DNA from: Octopus sinensis
Taxonomy: Eukaryota
DNA length: 64,000 bases
NCBI RefSeq assembly: GCF_006345805.1
Contig: NC_043009.1
Span: 57,784,001-57,848,000 of the forward strand
Direction of reading: 5' to 3'
The notes beneath the pieces are model-generated. The model made no database searches and was not told the origin of the DNA. It saw nothing but the letters and a program-made list of their open reading frames with translations. Of this stretch, positions 41,052 through 53,254 are shown in pieces. Position 1 is the first letter of the stretch. Each line of letters starts with the position of its first letter. Made by a program: the position numbers and the translations under genes.

Positions 41052-41472
41052 TGTCTCTTTACTACCCACACCCAAGGGGCTAAACACACAGGGAGCAAAC
41101 AAGGACAGACAAATGGATTAAGTCAATTACATCGACCCCAGTGCGTAACTAGTACTTAATTTATCGACTCCGAATGGATGAAAGTCAAAGTCGACCTCGG
41201 CGGAATTTGAACTCAGAACGTAGCGGTAGACGAAATACCTATTTCTTTACTACCCACAAGGGGCTAAATACAGATAGGACAAACAAGGACAGACAAACGG
41301 ATTAAGTCGATTACATCGACCCCAGTGCGTAACTATTACTTAATTTATCGACCCCGAAAGGATGAAAGGCAAAGTCGACCTCGGCGGAATCTGAACTCAG
41401 AACGTAACGGTAGATGAACTACCGCTAAGCATTTCACCCGGCTTGCTAACGATTCTGCCAGCTCGCCGCCTT
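41052..41472 (-). mobile_element. Head-to-tail SINE family B dimer inside one TSD
   Basis: A full copy (~41239-41472) and a headless copy (~41052-41238) are flanked by TCGATATTACC at 41041-41051 and 41477-41487. Confidence 0.85.
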
Positions 41473-42109
41473 AAATTCGATATTACCAAGACAGTGATAC
41501 GATCACCGTACTGACATTACCAGCAAACTGTCCTTATAAATTTTGAGACACTACCACCGCAGTGACGCGCCTAGTTTAGTTATATAACAGTAGTGTCATC
41601 GGTACCACACTCACGTTACCATCAGAGAGATATATCCACACTGTTGTGACCACATTGACCTTCCGCCGCCATCTTGTCGTCATCATTCACGCAGACACAC
41701 TCCCCCGAGCGATGCACTGATACGAAGAGCAAACGCCAAGTAATGCGGCTTCGTCAACACCAACAGCACAACGTCTCACGCAATCGTTACAGTTACGACT
41801 ACGAAACCACCACCACCACCACCACCACCACCACCACCACCACCATAACAACCATAACAACAACAACAGCAACAACTACCAAAAATGAAACCAGCTGCAC
41901 TCCCATCGCAGCCACTTTACCACCACCATCATCAAGGCCACATTGTTCTTTTGGCAATGTTCCACGCAAAGCCAGACAAATGAATTAAACTATGTGCGGA
42001 ACAATAGGAGATTTAACGTGGACAGTCTGGAGTTTTAGAAGTTATTGTGAACATTTGGAATGCTAGCGGATATCTACATATGTTGTAAACGTGTGGTAGA
42101 AAACAGATA

Positions 42110-42420
42110 TCTATAGGATTTAATCACGATATATTGTGGATATATGGTATTCTTGGAAATGGCGGCATGCTATCTCTCTTCGTATAAGGTATTTATATCG
42201 CCTTGCTCCAGTCACGCGTCTGAAAATAATGAGTTCCACGGTAGAGCTTGTTGATACGAGTGAGACTCTGGATCATGTTTCCTCAGCCCGTCTTCCACAG
42301 ATCCGCGGTTATAATGCATATATCAAGGGTTTTGCGGTTGTTGAGCTTCGTTAGAACGGCGCTGACTTCATCGGGGTGGGAGTGTGGTAACAGAATCGAG
42401 TCTGCAAATGTCATGGTTGC
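42110..42420 (-). mobile_element. RTE-like LINE RT N-terminal fragment, decayed
   Basis: DEVSAVLTKLNNRKTLDICIITADLWKTG..NMIQSLTR...DWSKAI.IPY.K resembles EV..A..KLK..KAPG...ITAELLK.G....DW..A.I.PI.KKG. Confidence 0.7.
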
Positions 42421-42539
42421 AGTTGTCCCTGCAGTGATTGTTATCCTGGGATTAATTGGAATCCCGCGTTCCAGGTAGGCGGTTTCGATTGGTTTCTCAT
42501 CACCAACGAGTTTAGACAGGGCTGTGTGGCCATTCCTGA

Positions 42540-42800
42540 CCTCTTCAGTCGGGCTGATAACTGGCCAGATTTCATATTACAGCATGGTGAGGTACCTTTC
42601 AGAAATCATGGTACTGTAAAGGATAAAATGACCCACAATCCTGTCCAAAGTCATTCCGCACCATACCTTTACCTTGGGCTAATTCTGTATTTCTTTCAGA
42701 GGTCATACGACGATCTTCTCCTACCGTTGTGACGGTTCACAAACCCACCGATGTGGAATACCGCTTGATCACTCCAGTGGATATTTTTAAAGAAATCATA
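42540..42800 (-). mobile_element. Tc1/mariner-superfamily transposase catalytic fragment
   Basis: WSDQAVFHIGGFVNRHN...VWCGMTLDRIVGHFILYSTMISERYLTML*YEIWPVIS. Confidence 0.8.
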
Positions 42801-43215
42801 CTATGTTTGTAGGGCTTCTAAATCTCAAACAAAATAATCGATCTGAAGAAAGCAACAACATCGAATCAATTCCCATACATTAAAGAACATACATAACAAA
42901 TTTGAGAAAAAAAATTATAGTTAATAAATAAATTATGAGTATTTCAAAATAGGGTGTTACATATCAACCCCCCTGTATATTAATGTAAAATATATTTGTA
43001 TACATATGAATATATATAAATAGATAAATAAATGGAACTTAATGCAGGCGTAATTCAAATTCTTTTACTTCCGACACATGTTTCACCTGGTATCTATTAA
43101 AGTTTCTACCTTTAAAAATGAGTTACAACCTTTTTACTTGTGTGATTTTTTGCTACCCTGGTAACTATTTATCTATTTTTTCCGTGTTAATTGTTAACAA
43201 GGGAAAAATACACAC

Positions 43216-43292
<77 letters not shown>

Positions 43293-43394
43293 ACCCTATT
43301 ATCTCCCCTAATTTCGCTCTTGCGTCTCATGTTTGATCTTTGACTTCTGGCCGAAATCAGATCGCCATGTTGATTCGCTAGCTTTTGCACGCAT

Positions 43395-43590
43395 ATTTTT
43401 TTCTCTCCTTCTTTCTGTGTTTTTTTCTCTGTGTATCTTTCTGTTGAAGAGCGTAGGCTCGAAACGTTAAAGACTTGTTTCATTTATGTTTCCTGAGCGC
43501 CATACTAATACAATTGTTTGTTTGTATTCCACCTGCCTTCGTCTTTTGTTTATTTCGTAAACCTGCCTTCGTCTTTTGTCTGTTTTCATA
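43395..43590 (+). mobile_element. PLE-type solo repeat with hammerhead-like motif (43436-43473)
   Basis: TCTTT-CTGTTGA-A-GAGC(GTAG)GCTC-GAA-ACGT-T-AAAGA: perfect 5-bp helix I, ACGT palindrome. It ends at a TA-rich tract. Confidence 0.8.
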
Positions 43591-44247
43591 AAGCTCCCCG
43601 TTATATATATATGTATATATATATGTATATATATGTAAATATAAGTTTATATAAAAGTGAGTACATATAAGTGTATGTATATAGAGAGATAGTTTGTGCA
43701 GCACTCTTCTCCTCCCTTCAGCTTTCACACTTCAGATGTTTAGTTTTTGTCAAAAACAGGAAAGCGAAGAGCGTACCCGTGTCTACTTACAACTAGGTAG
43801 CTAAGCCAAGGTACTTGCTACCAAGTCATGCTCAATTCCCACTGACTGCCGTGGTTGCTTTCCTGTACAGCTATGAAATATATTCTATGTATCTGGTATT
43901 AACTTGGTATCTATTAAATATGCTGAGAACGTGAGATATGAAATTGATATTTACTTAATAGGTTATGACCGTATGCATATTTCAGATATCTACTAGATAT
44001 CTGCATATCAAGTTCTGGATCCGTGTAATAAAAGTTACATATGTATATATAATAACATACAACGAATAATTGTCACATCATTACATCTGTTTATTATGTA
44101 ACTTTTTACTAGAAGAATGAGAGCCTTATATCATTATAAAAGACCGTAATCATCAGATGGGAAGTAATTTTACAAAACAAGGGATATCGAAGAATACAGC
44201 CGGGATGTGTCTGACGAGTATAACTATGAAATGGAAGAATGACGAAA

Positions 44248-44920
44248 TATCAGGTCGTCCCATAATTTCTGTCCGACCTTACCTGTTTTAAAATTGAATG
44301 AAATTTAATAGTGTTTTACAATGTCTAATGGAATTAAAAATTATTTTTATGCATTTGTGTACATTTAAACTAATTAAATATTATTTTACAGAATAATAGA
44401 ATTAAATTTACCTTGATTAAAACCCTTTCTAACATGGAAGTATCCAAAGAGTATTTGGGGCACGTATTGCTTTATGAGTAAAAAGAAAGAAACTCTGCAG
44501 CCGAAGCGATTCGAAACATACACTCAGTTTATGGAAAAGCATGCTTGAATGAAAGAACTTGCAGAAGATGGTTTGCAAAATTCAGAAGTGGAGATTTCAG
44601 CCTTCACGAGGAAGATTGAACAGAACATCCAATTGAGTTTGATGATAAGCTCCTTGAGGCATTACTTGAAGCAAATCCTGCATTATCAGTTGAAGAATTG
44701 GCAATAAAGCTTAGTTCAAACCATACAACTGTTCATCGTCATCTTCAACAACCTGGAAAGGTTCCTCAACTTGGAAAATAGGTCCCTCATGAATTGTCCG
44801 AAAGCAAATTCCGATTTGACATCTGCTCTTCTCTCCATTCTCGCGAACTCATTTCACTCTTTTTGGTGACGAAAAATGGATCTTCTATCGAAATGTTAAG
44901 CGTCGTAAACAGTGGCTTTT
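44248..44920 (+). mobile_element. Mariner element: left TIR plus N-terminal transposase, 3'-truncated
   Basis: TA-TCAGGTCGTCCCATAATTTCTGTCCG; ATG at 44434; NSAAEAIRNIHSVYG...ERTCRRWFAKFRSGDFSL...GK*VPHEL...GDEKWIFYRN with stops and frameshifts. Confidence 0.9.
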
Positions 44921-45012
44921 TACGAAAAGTTTCAGGTATGGAGAAAAGTGCCTCAACGAAAGTGCACGTAAGTAAAAGAAAAAAAACTGCGTGTGTACAT
45001 ACACACCACACA

Positions 45013-45064
<52 letters not shown>

Positions 45065-45226
45065 GGAACAAAAACGCACTAGAAGACAATAAAATATTCG
45101 GACAGATAGACAATAAAAAGGCAGACAAGAGAAATAACAAAAAGACGAACAATCAAAAAGAAGACAGGTCATTCGTGGGTCTTCTTTCTTCAGTCAAGTA
45201 CCAGAAGTTACGACGGTTTCGGACAG

Positions 45227-45261
<35 letters not shown>

Positions 45262-45959
45262 TACGAACAAAGAAATTAGAACTCAGGAGGCCATTTTCTT
45301 CGGTACTGTAACGATATTTGGTGACTGTGTGCGCATAATGATGTTGTTGACGATGACGATGACGATGATGATGATAATTATGATGCGAACTGCGATGATA
45401 GATATGAGGATGACGATGATGGTGTTGATGCAGCTGATGTTGATGGTGACGAAGGAAAAGAGAGGGAACAAAAAGAACAAACGGAAAAAGACAATAATTA
45501 GGACAAAAGAACAGCAGCGGCAAACAGAGCAGAAGCAACAACAACAACAGCAACAATAACAAAAATTTGAAAGAAGCGTAACAATGATAACAACAAAATG
45601 AAGGACAAGAAGAAACACATGGATTGTTGCTGACAAAGAACAATTAATATATAGATTTCTTTTACATCGGATAATTTGATATGCTCAACAGTGCATCCTC
45701 ACTTAGGTCAGTTCACAACAACAAGGATATGTAAGAGAGTGTCTCTCTCTCGCTCTCTCTCTCTCTTATATTGTAGAGCTATTTGAACGGTTTCTGCGTA
45801 TATGAGAATGTAGGAATGTATTAGAAAGCAGTAGTATAATATTTTATTTCATACCACTTTAATATTAGATGAGAGTGGAGAGAGGAGGTGGAGGAGAGGG
45901 GAAGAGCAGAGGGAAGTAGTAGGAGGAGGAGGCAGAGGAGTATGTTCATGCTGGAGATG

Positions 45960-46385
45960 GAGGAGATTGAATGGAGTGGCGGGACGAATGTACATATACA
46001 CATATATATATATATATGTCTATGTATTTACTTATATGTATATATAATTGCATATATATCTATGAATATGTCTATATATGTGTATGCATATATGTATATA
46101 TACATACATACGTACATACATACATATATATATATATATATGTATGTATGAAAGTACACACATATTTTCATACATGTGGAAAGAGAGAGAGAGAGAGAGA
46201 ATAATAGAACGAATGTGAGAGAGGAAGTTATGAGTAAATTATATATATGCGCAAATATGTATAGATGTATATATGTGTGAGTGTGTACGTATGTGTTTGT
46301 ATGTATATATATATATATATATATACATATATATATGTAGGTAGGTAGATGTATGTATAACATATATATGAAATGAGTGTGTGTC

Positions 46386-46423
<38 letters not shown>

Positions 46424-46936
46424 TGTATATATGTGTATATACACATATATATAGAGAGAGAGGAGATACAAAAAAGTAAAGAGAGAAAGATAGGGTGAGA
46501 GAGAGAGAGAGAGGGGGAAAGATAGAAAGAAGAGAAACGAGAGGATAAAGTAGACAGAAAGAGAAAGAAAGTGAGCGGTTTCTGAATGAAGTGAGACACG
46601 TTATTTTAATTACGCCAGCAATTAATAACTGAAGATAATGAAATATCTTCACTTACGTACACACAAAAACACACACAGAGACAACAGACACATACAAACA
46701 CACACACACATGTACATACACGTATATATACGAATTGTCGCACGGATGCACATATGCATGTGTTTAAGTGGTTGTGCGTGATGCATTTAATTGAAATTAT
46801 ATACATATATGTATTTATCTATATCTATAAACATAGATCTATATATATATATATATATACATTTGTGCGTATACCACTATCTATATATATGTGTAAGAAG
46901 ACATATTATATGTGTTCTTTTATATACATACTTTAA

Positions 46937-46987
<51 letters not shown>

Positions 46988-47082
46988 TCTATATATACTT
47001 ATATCAATATAAATACAATACATAATAAAAAATTGTGTCAATATAGATAAATATAAATATAAATACATACATACATACATAT

Positions 47083-47127
<45 letters not shown>

Positions 47128-47480
47128 ATATATTATTATATATATATTATATATATATTATATATATATATATATATATATGACATATATATATATATGA
47201 CATATATGTATGTATGCATGTATATATATATATATATATATCGACATACATACATATATGCATATATACATATATATGTATATTTAGACATATATATACT
47301 TGTATATGCGTAAGTAGATGCATATATACATACATGCACACACACACATATATATATATATACATACACGTATATATATGTGTGTGTACGTTTGTGTACA
47401 GTTGTGTACGTATGTGTGTGTGTGTATAGTTACTAATATACAATTTCCAACACACTTTTAAAGACACACAGAACTACTGA
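45960..47480. repeat. Extended (TA)n/(CA)n/(GA)n-derived low-complexity block
   Basis: Direct inspection. Confidence 0.9.
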
Positions 47481-48034
47481 CGTAAATTATACGTAAGCAT
47501 GCACGCACACATTCACACACACACATATATACACACATATATAAACACATATCTATATTACATAAACATATTATTTAGTACTCATATACGTACATACCAC
47601 GACACAAACAGACATTTCATTACCAAACTCATAATAACACACACACAGAAACACACAAACACACACATACATACACACGCATTAATAAACATCAAATCGT
47701 ATCAACACATATCCAGTACGAACCCATATACATACATACATATATATATATACGCAGAAACATAAGTACACACAAGAAGAAACTGATGCAATTCTATTAC
47801 AAGACATCAATACACATTTGGCTCGGTGTAAGGAGGAAGCAGTGGTGATGGAGAGCTAAATTTGACCTCTAGAGGTCAAATCTCTACCAAAGGCAATGCC
47901 TGATTTGTTCCTCTCATTTCTTCTGAAACAAATATTTCGCTAGCGTAATGTCTGAATTGAGCTTCAGTGGCGACATGTCGGAGCATTTTCTATCTATGTG
48001 TCTGTGTGCATTTGTTCAACATTAGTTTATTTAT

Positions 48035-48081
<47 letters not shown>

Positions 48082-48084
48082 ATA

Positions 48085-48772
48085 TATATACATACATATT
48101 AACACACATACGTACGTACGTACGTAGATATATACATCTCTGTGTATGTTGTGTATATAAATGTGTGAGTTTGTTTGCATACGGCTGTGTGAGTGTGTAG
48201 ATGTTTGTTGTTCAATTTCTCCATGTATATGCGTTTTACTATGAATCGTTCTATATTTGATCGCGTGGCTATGTGTGAAGGTTTGTTCGTATTTCTATGG
48301 TTACCCTATATAGTCATGTTTGTCTGGGCGCACACGCCTTCATGTAATGTATGCTCACACGTCTGAGTGTGTGTGTGTGTGTTTGTGTGTGTGCATATGA
48401 TTCTGTGTATTGGGTTCATCGTTGTATATGTATATACGTAGATACATCAAAGCCAACAAAAAATTACACGCACATACATAAAAACAAGCGTACATACATA
48501 CATATAAAAAACCGCATATACATACATACATACTTAAATACAAAGATACATATGTACAAACGTACGTAGACATCACATATAGATGTGAATGTCTGTATTA
48601 TGTTTACAGAGGTCTTTGTATGTTATTTCATAGTATACATGTATGTGCATGTCAAAATGTGAGCATACATGTGTGCGAGTATTATGTATTCAATTTGGAG
48701 GACGATTCTGCACTGCATGTTTGAAACAAAGATAAATAGAGAAATCACCAGAAAGAAAGGAGGTATACATAC

Positions 48773-48853
<81 letters not shown>

Positions 48854-49555
48854 ATTATATATATATATACATACATATTAACACACATACGTACGTACGT
48901 ACGTAGATAATACATCTCTGTGTATGTTGTGTATATAAATGTGTGAGTTTGTTTGCATACGGCTGTGTGAGTGTGTAGATGTTTGTTGTTCAATTTCTCC
49001 ATGTATATGCGTTTTACTATGAATCGTTCTATATTTGATCGCGTGGCTATGTGTGAAGGTTTGTTCGTATTTCTATGGGTACCCTATATAGTCATGTTGT
49101 CTGGGCGCACACGCCTCATGTAATGTATGCTCACACGTCTGAGTGTGTGTGTGTGTGTTTGTGTGTGTGCATATGATTCTGTGTATTTGGGTTCATCGTT
49201 GTATATGTATATATACGTAGATACATCAAAGCCAACAAAAAATTACACGCACATACATAAAAACAAGCGTACATACATACATATAAAAAACCGCATATAC
49301 ATACATACATACTTAAATACAAAGATACATATGTACAAACGTACGTAGACATACACATATAGATGTGAATGTCTGTATTATGTTTACAGAGGTCTTTGTA
49401 TGTTATTTCATAGTATACATGTATGTGCATGTCAAAATGTGAGCATACATGTGTGCGAGTATTATGTATTCAATTTGGAGGACGATTCTGCACTGCATGT
49501 TTGAACAAAGATAAATAGAGAAATCACCAGAAAGAAAGGAGGTATACATACATAT

Positions 49556-49560
<5 letters not shown>
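48085..49560. repeat. Near-identical tandem duplication, unit ~776-780 bp
   Basis: ORFs at 48351 and 49127 are offset by 776. The copies differ mainly by 1-nt indels, and the boundaries lie in (TA)n. Confidence 0.95.
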
Positions 49561-49645
<85 letters not shown>

Positions 49646-50534
49646 ATATATACAGAGAGAGAGAGAGAGAGGAGAGAGCGAGTGTTATAGAGAAACAGTG
49701 AAAGACAGAGATAGTTAAATAGCTAATGAGAAGAAGAATGTGATAGAGGAGGGGAAAACAGTGAGCTTGAAGTGACACGCAGACAATGAGAGAGAAAGAC
49801 ATACGAAGATAGAAACGTATATTACAATGCGTGGAGATGAGAGAACTCCGAAGAGAGGGAAATGGAAGGTTATTGATAGCGATGGTGAAACGTAACAAAT
49901 ACGGTAAGAGTGAGAGGGAAGAAAAGAGAAAGGAAAGAGAGTAAGGAAACAAAAGAGAGGCGAGAGAAAGAGAGAAAGAATGAAGGAGAGGAATGATAGC
50001 AACATTATGCGTTGATGGTTATGCCATTATATTTTACTGATTAATCGATTAGTGTAAAAAGATAAAACGGCAGACAAATAGATATGATGTTAGATAAATA
50101 GAGAGAGCGACAGACGGGGAGACAAATCGATGGTTATTTAGACAGACTGACATACACAAACTACAGATTGGTATGTGTGTGTGAGAGAGAGAGTGCGTGT
50201 TTGTGTATGTGTGTGTGTGTGTATATATATGTGTATATACACATAGATATATTCATACTTATATGTATGCCAGCATATATACATTTATAAACAGATGACC
50301 AAACGTCAAAGCCAGACCAAGTACAGATTGATATCATATAGAACATATAACAAATATAAACACACAAGGACTTATAAACCTACATGCATATACTTATATA
50401 CACACACACACATATATATATATATATGCATACATACACAAATACACACATACACACACATATATGATGATATATATTTATTTGCGTATATGTATATGTG
50501 TGTATAAATATATATTTGTGTGTGTATATTCTGA

Positions 50535-50870
50535 GACCCGCTTCAGTCACGACATAGACCATGGGATTGCACCTAGGAAGTTACCCTCCCAGGCACAAGT
50601 CCGGGCAAGGTTGTTTATGGAAGATCAGCAGTCGCCCATGCATACCGTTCTTTCCACTCCACCAGTGTTATCCAAGGGGAAAGCAAGGGACCGATACAGC
50701 CTGGCACCTGTGACGTTGCAACTCATTTCTACAGCTGTGTTAACTATTGGAGCAACGTGAAATAAAGTGTCTTGCTCAAGAACACAACACGCAGCCCGGT
50801 CCGGGATTCGAGCTCACAACCTTACGATCGTAAACTCGACGCTCTAACCACTGAGCCATGCGCTTTCACA
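50535..50870 (-). mobile_element. SINE family D, full length, with RTE-like tail
   Basis: Minus-strand head GTGAAAGCGCATGGCTCAGTGGTTAGAGCGTCG...GAGCTCGAATCCC, then GTGTTCTTGAGCAAGACACTT, then tail. Confidence 0.8.
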
Positions 50871-50906
50871 GTGTGTGTATATATATTTATTTGTGTATAT
50901 CTATAC

Positions 50907-50948
<42 letters not shown>

Positions 50949-50982
50949 CACAAATATATATATATATATATAATTATATATA

Positions 50983-51073
<91 letters not shown>

Positions 51074-51949
51074 TATACATATATAATTATATATATTATA
51101 TATATATAGTTGTTGAGAGTCACAAATACTGAAAAGGTGGCAAGACGCAACGAAAATAATATAAAACATAAATAAGTAAATTAACGGAAATTTTACCGGT
51201 GAGTGTGTTAAATTATAAAGGTCTAAAAGAAAATAACTCTCCTCAGACACAACAGTATATACTTCAACACACGACCTCACATAAAGAATCTTGCAAACCA
51301 AATCCAAAAGCTATATATATATATATGTGTGTGTGTATGTGTGTGTCTTTATATATATACATATATATATATACATATCAATAACAAATTCTTAACTATT
51401 TGTATGCATGTATGTATGTATGTATGTATGTAAGAAATTACGTGGTTGTGTGTATGCTTATGCAAGCGTATTGCAGTAGAGAGTTTGTCATTGTTGAATA
51501 AAATTTCAAAAATTTCTGTTGTACATGGTTTGCACGGTTAGCGATTTTCCGTGTACAGTCTTGTTTTCAGTAGGATGCTTTACCGTTTGTTATACGTCAT
51601 ATATTTGTATCTTTTGAATCTTGATATCGACAACTCCTTATATCCGTTTCAACCTTCTGTGTTGGAAGTAATGTATAATTGACGGCAGTGTATATAGAAT
51701 ATAGAAGTAAAAGGTATGGGGATCTTATACATGTAAGCTTTACAAAGAGGACGGCTTTGACACCGTTCTTAGCTGATTAGGCGAAACGGAGAAGACTATT
51801 GGCTACATTGTGGAATTTCAGGATTTCGTAGGTTTAGCCGGGATAATATAATAGTGGTCAGATGTGATAATAATATGGTCATCGTTACGACACTTGAATA
51901 GAAATGTTTAGTGATTTAGCTCCACGTTAAAAAATGTGTTGTATGTTTG

Positions 51950-51980
<31 letters not shown>

Positions 51981-52442
51981 CTATCTACCATTCTATCTAT
52001 CTATCTGCATGTATGTATATATTCATATAGGTGTGTATAATATATATGCATTTATTTTACTTATACCTATATATATATATATATATATACATATATATAT
52101 GTATATGTGTATATGTATATGTGTATATGTGTATATATATGCATATATCTATACATATATGTATGCGTACAAAATCTACTTTGTATAAACCGTTTTCTGG
52201 TATATAACTCAATGCCCAGACTAGAGTGAATAGTTATTATATTATATCAAAATAAATAAATAAATAAATAAATAAATAAATACATAAAATAAATAAAAAG
52301 AGAACGGAATAATCTTAACAGAATATTGGCCAGAGCCGGTGTGTTAATGACAGACCCAAACATTGCAATTCAGGACACAATACTGTGTAAACACTCAAAT
52401 GTGGATAAAATAACCGTTAACTAAATACACAGATGCATTCAT

Positions 52443-52479
<37 letters not shown>

Positions 52480-52580
52480 CGTTCCCGCGTTTGTGCGTGC
52501 CAATTTGATAGGGATATGTGGAATTTCAACCGTGCTTCGTGGTCTGTTACCACAACAGCTCCTTTATAGGATCCAGTTAA

Positions 52581-52658
52581 CTCGAGACATAGTCAGGAGG
52601 AACCACGTCCAGTTTCGGCCCTTCTCCTGGACGTGGTTCCTCCTGATGATGTCTTGAG
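52581..52658. other. 78-nt hairpin (20-bp perfect stem extended to ~32 bp, 14-nt loop)
   Basis: TCAGGAGGAACCACGTCCAG (52593-52612) pairs with CTGGACGTGGTTCCTCCTGA (52627-52646). CTCGAGACAT/ATGTCTTGAG extends the stem. Confidence 0.9.
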
Positions 52659-52831
52659 ATCGAGACGGAAGAAAAGTGGGGTACAAGAAGTATGATGACT
52701 TTACAGAATGACACAAACCAACGGATACAGCAAACCAGGCAGTTATCGAAAGGGGTATCAGCAAAACGAAGTCTACTGGAATTTGGTATTCCGCATATCC
52801 AGGAGAATCGAAAGCTAAATGCAACTTTAAT

Positions 52832-53254
52832 CATATCAAATCAATCGAACGAAAATAGTTATCTTTCGTATATTGAAGTAGGGTGGTTTTCGATTGGCCA
52901 ATCAAATCCTTAGTTATATTAACTACGAAATTAAATGCAACTTTAACCATAATAAAACAGACGAATTGATTTTATCTTATCACTACACACAGTTTCATTA
53001 ATAGACTTTATTGTGACCCATAAACATCGTACAAACAGTTATGTAATCAGTAAGGTTATGTAATACGTTACATAGAGGCCCCCGAATCCTCAGGTTAAAC
53101 TATAGTTCAAGTGAAAAGCATATGGTATGCCATTTTGTTGATATTTCAAAAGCCATATCAAATCAATTGAACGAAAGTAGATATCTTTCGAATATTGAAG
53201 TAGGGTGGTTTTCGATTGGCCAATCAAATCCTTAGTTATATTAACTACGAAATT
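52832..53254. repeat. 101-bp dispersed direct duplication (52832-52932 and 53154-53254)
   Basis: CATATCAAATCAAT...GATTGGCCAATC...AACTACGAAATT occurs twice with a few substitutions. Confidence 0.9.
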
